From Pyrobaculum aerophilum str. IM2 (lineage in GTDB: Archaea; Thermoproteota; Thermoprotei; Thermoproteales; Thermoproteaceae): a stretch of 32,000 nt of DNA. The DNA lies in contig NC_003364.1 in assembly GCF_000007225.1 (NCBI RefSeq), positions 1,890,001 to 1,922,000 on the forward strand. Reading direction: 5' to 3'. A program made the position numbers and the translations under genes. Below the pieces are notes generated by a model that searched no databases, was not told where the DNA came from, and worked only from the letters and a program-made list of their open reading frames with translations. How positions within the stretch are numbered: position 1 is the first letter of the stretch; each line of letters opens with the position of its first letter. This document shows, in pieces, positions 25,178-32,000 of this stretch.

Positions 25178-26245
25178 TTGAAACTTTTACCTATCCCCCT
25201 TTTACTTTTATTTACTACTACCTTTATATTTGTATTTTTTCTCGGGGCTATGGGTTGGTTTGTTGCGCTTGGCGTTGACGTAAATAGAGACTACTTGGCG
25301 TTCGGCTGGCTGACTAACGACGCCGACTACGTGGCCTCTGTGCTGGGCGGCTGGGGGATGCACCCGCTTACTAGCTGGCTGTTTGAAGAGCACGTGGAGT
25401 TCGAGGGGCCGCTGGCGTTGGACCACAGCGTCACTGTGCCGGCGGTTAAATACGTGGGGGTTTTAATGTGGCTCCCTGGGCGTAAGAACAGGAGGCAGAA
25501 GCGGTGGCGGAGGCTGGCGTTGGGTAAGCTCTTCGCCCAGCTTACGCCGTGGCTGAGGTTTTTGGCTGACGCGGGGACTCCGGCAGTTGTGGGACTGGAG
25601 GACCTCAGGGGCATGGCGGAGAAGAGGGGCATCCACGAGATTGAATACGCCAAGATCTGGAAAAAGGCCATGGGCTCCTTCGGCGCTTTGCTCAAAGAGG
25701 GAGACGGCTACCGAGCTTACGTGGGCAGGGGGAGGTCTGTGGTCATCGCGCTCGACCCGAGGGGCACTTCGTCCATATGCGCTATATGCGCCGCCGAGGG
25801 GAAGACGACGCCTGTTAAGGAGAGGCCCGACAGAACCGTCTACTGTCCAATACACGGCGCCATGAACCGCGACATTAACGCGGCCTTTAACATTGCCATT
25901 AGGGCCGTGAGGATCTACGCGGGGGATCCGCCGGGGGGCGCCCGCGGGGGACTAGAAAATCCCCAGCCGCGGGTGCTCCCCACGGGTCTCCCGCGTGATG
26001 ACAGAGGAGTACAAGATGCGCACGGAGATGAGACCGTAGAAATCAGGCAGGCGCCGAGGCTAGACTACCGCCGCAACCCACACCTGAGAGCGCCCCCCGG
26101 CGCCCTATACGCGTATTTGGAGGAGGTATTTAAATGTTTCGGCTGTGCTGAGGGATTTGGCGTTGCGCCGTCGTTAATCGCGGCCTTCTCGAGCCCGTCT
26201 GGAACCGCACACACGCCTGTTTTTTCGCCCCATGTGGGCGCATAA
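25178..26245 (+). mobile_element. tnpB: IS200/IS605-family TnpB (OrfB) remnant: RuvC-like core retained, N-terminal about 150 aa missing, aberrant C-terminal read-through
   Basis: RuvC-I ALGVDVNRDYLAF; RuvC-II VVGLEDLRGM; zinc finger CAICAAEG...CPIHG; RuvC-III NRDINAAFNIAIRA. The first roughly 30 codons are low-complexity (LLLLFTTTFIFVFF). About 110 codons follow the normal C-terminus. No TnpA and no obvious IS ends were seen. Confidence 0.8.
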
Positions 26246-27500
26246 AGTCGCGGCTAATTCTAGGGAGGAGTTTGTAAGCGTTTTGCTGTCGCGTAAGTTT
26301 TTCGGCCTGGATTTGTCAAGGGGGGTTGTCCTCCTGGAGCGCAGGGCTGACCACCCCTTTGTCCCCCTGGGGAAAGAGAGGCGGCTTAGGGTGTGTAGGG
26401 GCTCTCCGCCCCTCCCGGCGGCGGCGTGGCGGGTTAACGGGGAGAGGCCTCTGACTTTTAAGTCAGGCCTGGGGGTGGGGATCTACTGGTTTGAGCAACT
26501 CGGCCTCTTCAAGAGGGGGAGGGAGTGGGCGGTGGCATCTAGCTGTAAGAACAGGCCTCCTTTCTTCGGCTGGGAGAGAGTGGCCGGGTGGGCGGTGGCC
26601 GAGCTCTTGAGGGAGGCGCCCTATTGGCGCTTCTGGCCTCCCCTCAAGGGCCCCGTGGAGGGGCACCTCCTTATTGCCGGCAGTAGCGGGTCGGGGAAGA
26701 CCACGTTTTTAAAGCGCTATCTATCGTGGGTTGGGAAGTGGTACGTGGTGGACCTCACAGAGGAGGGGGAGTACGTGGGGCTTGCGGCAACTGTGGAGGG
26801 CTCTGTGGACTTGGCCTCTCTCAACGCCGAGGAGCAGGCGCTTCTCTACAGCCTAGGCGTGGCGGCCACTGTGGGGGCGAGGGAGGCCGCGGTCTCCGCC
26901 GTCCAGCTGGGCGCCTTGAAGCTCTTGGCCCGCAGGGGGCTGGGCCTCGACGGCCTTTTAGAGGAGCTGCGCACGGCGGGGGACATCCCGCAACTGACTA
27001 GAGAGGTTTTGTTCACAAAACTGTCGGCCGCTTGCGAGGGGTTTGAGAACGGCAGGTGCAGGCCGCACCCGGCGTTGACGAAAGACGTCGACTTGCCGCC
27101 TCCGCCTGCTGTTATTAGAGTGAGCCCCTCCAACCTGCTCGTGGCGGCTATAGTCGCCCACGGGGTTTTGGCCAAGTTGCTCAAGAGAGGCGGCGTTTTC
27201 GTGGCCGTGGACGAGTACCACAAAATTGCCCCGAGGCTCCCGGTGGAGGACCCTGTGGAGAGGGCGTTGAGAGAGGGCAGGCACCGGGGGGTGGCCTTGG
27301 CCGTGGCCACTCAGAACCCCCTGGACGTCAAGGAGTCTTTGGCGTCTGTGGTGGGGAACTACGTGTTTTTCAACTTGGCGGGACCCGCGGCCCGCTTCGC
27401 CGCCGAGGTTTTAAACGTGCCCCAGTGGGCCGTGGAGTCGTTAAAGCCCGGCGAATACCTGGCCAAGTTGCGCCATGGCCCAGCGGCGGGGGCTGTTTAG
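26232..27500 (+). CDS. HerA/FtsK-like P-loop ATPase (DUF87-like)
   Basis: Walker A HLLIAGSSGSGKTTFL, Walker B VFVAVDEYHKIAP, sensor-like AVATQNPLDV. The gene is very GC-rich. Confidence 0.75.
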   Translation: MWAHKVAANSREEFVSVLLSRKFFGLDLSRGVVLLERRADHPFVPLGKERRLRVCRGSPPLPAAAWRVNGERPLTFKSGLGVGIYWFEQLGLFKRGREWAVASSCKNRPPFFGWERVAGWAVAELLREAPYWRFWPPLKGPVEGHLLIAGSSGSGKTTFLKRYLSWVGKWYVVDLTEEGEYVGLAATVEGSVDLASLNAEEQALLYSLGVAATVGAREAAVSAVQLGALKLLARRGLGLDGLLEELRTAGDIPQLTREVLFTKLSAACEGFENGRCRPHPALTKDVDLPPPPAVIRVSPSNLLVAAIVAHGVLAKLLKRGGVFVAVDEYHKIAPRLPVEDPVERALREGRHRGVALAVATQNPLDVKESLASVVGNYVFFNLAGPAARFAAEVLNVPQWAVESLKPGEYLAKLRHGPAAGAV

Positions 27501-28131
27501 GATAGTGACGCCTAAGGGCTGGGCAGTTCTGCCGCCGGGCGCAGAGGCAGTGTTGTGGCCCCCAGTGGACCTCCCCAAGGCCAGGGCGCTCGACCTCGCC
27601 GAGCACAGAGCGCTGTTGCCCATTTCAATCTCCGTGGTTAAAGTGTTGGCCGAGCCGGGCCGCAACATGTACTTGCTTAAGGCGGGGAGGACGTATATGC
27701 TTTCGGCGTCGCGGACCGCTAAGTCCTCAACGCCTCCCGCCGGCGTTACCCACGAGCTGAGGCTTTTCTGCGGAGGGCCCTGCGACTTGTCCCCCCTGTA
27801 TTTCTTGTCACTGCCCAGGGGGGCCACGGCCGTGGTCAGGGGGTTTATTGACGTAGAGCCCGCGGGCAGGTGGGCCCTCGCCCCGCCGCCCCCCGAGGGG
27901 GACCCCAAAGGCGGTTTGGACATTTTGGCCGACCCCCAGAGGGCAAAGGCCCTTCTGGCCCTAGTTTACGACAAGTCTAAAGAGACTAGAAAACTGGCCT
28001 GCGACTTGGGGCTCTGGACTCCATGCCCCGGCGAGGGCCCGGGGAGGTTCACCACAGCAGCCCTGCACGCCCTGAGGCTGATCGCCCACTTCCTGCCGGA
28101 CCGCACAGAGGCGGCGGAGGACGAGGGGTGA
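27475..28131 (+). CDS. hypothetical protein (218 aa) overlapping the 3' end of the ATPase gene by 26 nt
   Basis: Same strand and composition as the ATPase gene, with an ATG start inside the ATPase 3' end. I recognise no motif. Confidence 0.5.
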   Translation: MAQRRGLFRIVTPKGWAVLPPGAEAVLWPPVDLPKARALDLAEHRALLPISISVVKVLAEPGRNMYLLKAGRTYMLSASRTAKSSTPPAGVTHELRLFCGGPCDLSPLYFLSLPRGATAVVRGFIDVEPAGRWALAPPPPEGDPKGGLDILADPQRAKALLALVYDKSKETRKLACDLGLWTPCPGEGPGRFTTAALHALRLIAHFLPDRTEAAEDEG

Positions 28132-28180
28132 GGCCCGCGCGGCTGGAGTTAAGGATAAAAATAAACGCGGCCACGACCTC

Positions 28181-28636
28181 GTGGCGATATCCCCCTACGT
28201 CCTGGAGGTCTTGCGCAAGGCGGCGGGAGGTCGAGATCTCGACGAGTTTCTGCTGGAGTTGGTGGCGGATAAGCTGGATCCCCGGGACCGCGTTGAGGCG
28301 TATCTCGCCTTACACGAGAAGTACTTGAGAGAGGCCGAGGAGCTTTACGCAAGGGGCGATCTCCCTCAAGCCGGCGAGAAATATTGGGGCGCCGTAACTG
28401 CCCTACTCAACGCCATAGCCGAAAAGCGTGGAATGCCCCACTACAGCCATCGCGACTATTCGCTCATCGTCGGAAGGCTCTATAAGGAGACGAGAGACCG
28501 GGATCTCGTGGTGGGCTTCAGGATGGCGGAGGGGTTGCACGCCAATTTCTACAACAACTTCATGGAGAGGGAGGAGTTCGACTTACACAGAGAGGCCGTT
28601 AAGATCTTAATTGAAAAGCTAAGGCGTTTCCTGTAG
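28181..28636 (+). CDS. PaREP1-family protein (151 aa), copy 1
   Basis: GTG start about 20 nt after AAGGATAAAAATAAAC. Four-helix-type sequence ...YLREAEELYARGDLPQAGEKYWGAVTALLNAIAEKRGMPHYSHRDY...AEGLHANFY..., recognised as the Pyrobaculum PaREP1 family. Highly similar to the next gene. Confidence 0.8.
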   Translation: MAISPYVLEVLRKAAGGRDLDEFLLELVADKLDPRDRVEAYLALHEKYLREAEELYARGDLPQAGEKYWGAVTALLNAIAEKRGMPHYSHRDYSLIVGRLYKETRDRDLVVGFRMAEGLHANFYNNFMEREEFDLHREAVKILIEKLRRFL

Positions 28637-28767
28637 GGTGTAGCGCGATATTCGCAAAGCGAGACTCCCCGGCGACTTGGCGATGCGGCGAGATTACTCT
28701 CTGCGTCTTGCCAGAGCGTACGCGTCTCAAAGTTTTTATCCCATGCGCACTCATCATAGTGTCTCTA

Positions 28768-29223
28768 GTGATTTCCCCGCCAGTGGCTGAGCTCTTGCGC
28801 AAGGCCGCCGGCGGCCGGGACGTAGAGGAATTTCTCCTCTCGTTAATTGCAGAGAGGCTTGACCCCTCTGAAAGAGTTGATGTTTACCTCGCCCTTTACG
28901 AAAAGTACTTAAGAGAGGCCGAGTCGCTTTACGAGAAAGGCAATTTGGCACAGGCGGGGGAGAAGTACTGGGGAGCCGTCACGGCGTTGTTAAACGCCAT
29001 AGCCGAGAAGAGAGGAATGCCCCACTACAGCCAGAGGGACTACGCCGTGATAATAGAGAGGCTTTACCAGGAGACTAAAGACAAAGAGCTGTTAGTGGGA
29101 TTCCGCTTGGCCGAGGGGCTCCACGCCAATTTCTACCACAACTTCATGGGAAAAGAGAGTTTTGAGTTACATAGAGAGGCCGTATTGGGGCTGGTGGAGA
29201 GGCTGAAAAGACTCCTGGGCTAG
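28768..29223 (+). CDS. PaREP1-family protein (151 aa from GTG 28768; the ORF track starts it at 28708), copy 2
   Basis: It aligns end to end with copy 1 (VISPPVAELLRKAAGGRDVEEFLL...GEKYWGAVTALLNAIAEKRGMPHYSQRDY...AEGLHANFYHNFM). Both are 456 nt, offset by 587 nt. AAAGTTTTTATCCC lies upstream. Confidence 0.8.
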   Translation: MISPPVAELLRKAAGGRDVEEFLLSLIAERLDPSERVDVYLALYEKYLREAESLYEKGNLAQAGEKYWGAVTALLNAIAEKRGMPHYSQRDYAVIIERLYQETKDKELLVGFRLAEGLHANFYHNFMGKESFELHREAVLGLVERLKRLLG

Positions 29224-29554
29224 TACCCACCGCTGTGCGGAATCTGCCGCCCGGCGTTTATCTAGCTTGGGACAGCCATCTCCTTAGCTTTGCGATTTAT
29301 GGCGCAACCAGCTGGGCCGTCCGCGAGAGTCGCCGCCGGCCGCCCCGCAGTAAAAACCCGGTTCAGATCACGGGCTGACGTTTCGACGCGCCCCGGCTGC
29401 TTAAGCCGGTACGGGTACAGGCTATGGCCCCCTCTGGAGCCGCATGTGCTCTGATTTTAACGTTTGTCGCTATTTCGTTGCCGTATGCTTAAGGGGCTAC
29501 TGAACGGCGGGAGTAAATAACGAAATACTTTTAAGTTCTGAATATAGAACAAGC

Positions 29555-31105
29555 GTGGGCTATGACGTCGGAAGTAGAATTGCCGAGCTGAGGGAGAAGA
29601 GGGGACTCAGCCTAACGGCCTTGGCCAAATTATCAGGGGTTTCTAAATCTACTCTCTGGGGAATTGAAAGGGGGGAGGTAGTCCCCACAGTCTCCACCCT
29701 CTGGAATATCGCCAACGCGCTGGGGGTGACGTTTGGCGAGTTAATTACGTATGATATAGTCGTTAAAGAGGAGGGTGTCGAAGTTCGTTTAATAGAACGC
29801 GAGGGGAATAGAGAGGTGTATTTAATGAGGCTGGAGGGCGGTTCTTACAGAAGGGCTTCTGGACACGCCAATTCGCCCGTGGAGGTTGTGCATGTCATAA
29901 AAGGGGCCATGATAGTAGGCCCCGTAGACGCGCCGCTGTTTGTCTGGGCCGGCAAGACGGCGAGGTTTTACGGCGGCGTTGACCACATATATATGGCGGT
30001 CGGAGGAGAGGCCGAGGCCGTTGTGACAATGTGGTATTTCTCGCGGCCGGCAAGACGGCGGGTGTGGTATGTAGACACGCGCGAGCCGGCTAGGGGTAAA
30101 TACAGAGACCTCCTCAGCCCTGAGGGCGTGAGGAGCGAAAAGCTTGCCCGCGCTATTAAAGCTATCAACAATCGCGTAGCTCATGACGATGGCAGCTTGC
30201 TGTTCGACGTGTTGAGCTCTGAGTTTAAAACCCTCTCTGGAGAGCCCACTCTGCCGAAGGTAGTTTACAAGTCGGTGGAGAGATTAAAGGGAGTATCCGC
30301 CGAAAAAGCCACGAGTTTTGAACGCAATATCGACGTAATTAGATACTATATTTACGAGCCCCTCCGCCCCGGCTACGCCGAGCAGGCTGTGTACGTGGCG
30401 TACGAGTTAGAGAGGAGGGGGGTAGGCGAAGTTATAAGCATAGGCTGCGGCCCCGCTTACCGCGAGGTTATGCTCAAAGAGCTGATACCCGTTGACGTCA
30501 AGTGCGTGGAGCCCTCTCCGTTTTTCAAACAGCTGTCCCCCGTCCCTGTAATTGACGGCGTGCCGCAGGGAGTTAACGCTATAGTCTCCTTCGGATCTCC
30601 TCGCCACACAGCGAACTTTTTGAAAATGGCCTCGGAGAAATTAAAAAGCGGCGGCGTCTTGATCGTCTCAGACGAATTTATTGACGACTACGCCTCTGAG
30701 GGCGCGAGGAGGAGGAACGTAATTAAACACCACTTGGGCTATCTTTTAGACATCCCGCTGGTCTCGTACAGAGATGAGATGCTTTCGGCTTACAACGCCT
30801 CTTACAAGAATTTATCTCTCTCGCTTAGAATATTATCTAGAGTGTATTATGAAGTTTACGAAAGAGTTAAAACAGAGCTGTATACTACAGACGTTGAAAT
30901 GGCCTTTTTGAACTTTTACTTTTTGGAGTTAACTGCTATGTTGCTCGGCGTTGCGTATATTGAAGAGAGGAAAACCTCAGTGGAGAGGTTCATATCAGAG
31001 GCGTCGGAGGTTGGCTTGAGGCTTGAGGCTCACTATAAGGTCTACTCCACGGGCTGGGGGAAGGCCGGAGCCGGCACCCACGTGCTTGTTTTTGTCAAGA
31101 CATGA
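29555..31105 (+). CDS. three-domain fusion: XRE-type HTH, a cupin-like sensor domain, and a class I SAM-dependent methyltransferase-like domain
   Basis: HTH: LSLTALAKLSGVSKSTLWGIERGEVVPTVSTLWNIANALGVTFGELI. Cupin-like: HANSPVEVVHVIKGAMIVG...WAGKTARFYGGVDHIY. MTase motif I: VISIGCGPAYRE, then KCVEPS, AIVSFGS and GGVLIVSDEF. Confidence 0.75.
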   Translation: MGYDVGSRIAELREKRGLSLTALAKLSGVSKSTLWGIERGEVVPTVSTLWNIANALGVTFGELITYDIVVKEEGVEVRLIEREGNREVYLMRLEGGSYRRASGHANSPVEVVHVIKGAMIVGPVDAPLFVWAGKTARFYGGVDHIYMAVGGEAEAVVTMWYFSRPARRRVWYVDTREPARGKYRDLLSPEGVRSEKLARAIKAINNRVAHDDGSLLFDVLSSEFKTLSGEPTLPKVVYKSVERLKGVSAEKATSFERNIDVIRYYIYEPLRPGYAEQAVYVAYELERRGVGEVISIGCGPAYREVMLKELIPVDVKCVEPSPFFKQLSPVPVIDGVPQGVNAIVSFGSPRHTANFLKMASEKLKSGGVLIVSDEFIDDYASEGARRRNVIKHHLGYLLDIPLVSYRDEMLSAYNASYKNLSLSLRILSRVYYEVYERVKTELYTTDVEMAFLNFYFLELTAMLLGVAYIEERKTSVERFISEASEVGLRLEAHYKVYSTGWGKAGAGTHVLVFVKT

Positions 31106-31944
31106 GGCTTTTAGGGGTTTTAGAAATGGTCGTCGTTACTGCGATTTGGGGCAGTGTGTCCATACTCGCCATATGGTCAGGGCTGCCGTCGCCTGTCTTT
31201 GTATTTTTCAGAGTGTTTATCGCGTTCCTAATTCTGCTGGCATTTCTACGGGAATTTGACGCCAAAAATTTTCTCCGCATATCTGTATTTCTCTCAGGGA
31301 TTTTCCTCGCGTTGAACTGGATAGCGCTTTTCTACGCCGTTTTGTTAGTCCCGGTGGCTGAGGCAGTTATGCTATACTATACGGGCCCGCTCCTCGCCGT
31401 TGTCATCATGCACTTCTTAGGCGAGAGGGCGGGCTTGGCTAGGCTGGGGCTAGCCGCGGCGGCGTTTATAGGCGCCGTGGCTGTGATTAAGCCGTTTAAT
31501 ATAAGCGGCAGCGCCGGCGCGTTGATAGCCCTCGTCAGCGGCGTTTTGTACGGCCTCTTAATCGTCACAAATAAACTCGCCGTTAGGTCGCTTCCGCCAA
31601 TAAGGCTAGTGTTTTACCAAACGGCGATTGCGGCCATTGTCACTGCGCCTTTTCTTTTCACGACGGAATTCCGCCTAACGCCGAGCGGGCTCGCCGTGGC
31701 GCTCACGGCTGCGCTGGTCAATACTCTCCTCGCGCTGTACTTGTGGTACGACGCGCTTAAGAAAATAAGCGTCCACCTAGCCTCTGTGCTGAGTTATTTA
31801 GACCCCGTCTTCGCCACAGCATTCGCCTACTTCCTCCTTGGCCAGGCCCCCTCTGCGACGGCTCTTCTCGGAGGGACGTTGGTAATAACAAGCGGCGTGT
31901 TATCGGCCTTATTAGAAGCCCGAAAAAAGGGGAATTTGACTTAA
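31102..31944 (+). CDS. EamA/DMT-superfamily transporter (about 10 TM segments)
   Basis: The 280-aa protein is hydrophobic throughout with a two-halves EamA-like organisation. Its ATG overlaps the stop of the upstream fusion gene (ATGA at 31102-31105). Confidence 0.8.
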   Translation: MRLLGVLEMVVVTAIWGSVSILAIWSGLPSPVFVFFRVFIAFLILLAFLREFDAKNFLRISVFLSGIFLALNWIALFYAVLLVPVAEAVMLYYTGPLLAVVIMHFLGERAGLARLGLAAAAFIGAVAVIKPFNISGSAGALIALVSGVLYGLLIVTNKLAVRSLPPIRLVFYQTAIAAIVTAPFLFTTEFRLTPSGLAVALTAALVNTLLALYLWYDALKKISVHLASVLSYLDPVFATAFAYFLLGQAPSATALLGGTLVITSGVLSALLEARKKGNLT

Positions 31945-32000
31945 GGCCTTGCTAAAACACGCTGAATTTCATCACTACTCTTGTCGTCTCGATTTGTTTG

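Noticed and set aside
25208-28352. Many overlapping ORFs on both strands in the GC-rich block, for example 25327-25695, 25463-25855, 26726-27001, 26846-27310, 26958-27284, 27441-27923, 28023-28328 and 28149-28352
   Set aside because: They have a Pro/Arg/Gly-rich composition and no motifs. All are nested within motif-supported genes (TnpB, ATPase, PaREP1) or their partner.

Overview
The window looks like a chromosomal segment from a crenarchaeon of the Thermoproteales, close to Pyrobaculum. Three things point that way: the CRISPR repeat GTTTCAACTATCTTTTGATTTCTGG, tandem PaREP1-type genes, and TATA boxes about 20-25 nt upstream of starts (leaderless style). All family calls come from reading motifs in the translations by eye; no searches were run.

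The left 14 kb is mostly housekeeping:
- a CDC48 AAA+ ATPase, truncated at the window edge
- Hsp20, a THUMP/SPOUT RNA methyltransferase, ribosomal protein S11 and an AmmeMemoRadiSam-type radical SAM enzyme
- a DUF47/PiT-like pair and an MBL-fold hydrolase
- a 57-aa CC1-like chromatin protein that the ORF track missed
- a frameshifted HtpX protease

This stretch is interrupted by an orphan 14-repeat CRISPR array (8722-9654). The array is transcribed from the minus strand, has a decaying trailer end, and has no cas genes in the window.

tRNA-Gly(GCC) sits at 14041-14116. From there to about 29.5 kb the composition becomes a mosaic, with very GC-rich blocks flanking an AT-richer block at about 15.2-24.85 kb.

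The AT-richer block is the main point of interest. It contains:
- A translationally coupled operon. The first gene encodes a 1287-aa protein with an N-terminal Cas4/RecB-like Fe-S PD-(D/E)xK nuclease fused to an SF2 DEVH helicase. The second encodes a 670-aa Cys-rich partner whose C-terminal half resembles DUF1998.
- A Mig-type T/G-mismatch glycosylase, a candidate PD-(D/E)xK restriction endonuclease and a C5-cytosine DNA methyltransferase next to that operon.
- A single-HKD PLD-family protein that converges on and overlaps the operon's 3' end.

This parts list recalls DISARM class 2 (helicase, DUF1998, PLD, C5-MTase). The arrangement, the nuclease fusion and the archaeal context are different, so I flag it as a candidate novel defence module.

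To the right lie a truncated TnpB remnant, a HerA/FtsK-like ATPase with an overlapping partner, two tandem PaREP1 paralogs, and an HTH-cupin-methyltransferase fusion coupled to an EamA transporter.
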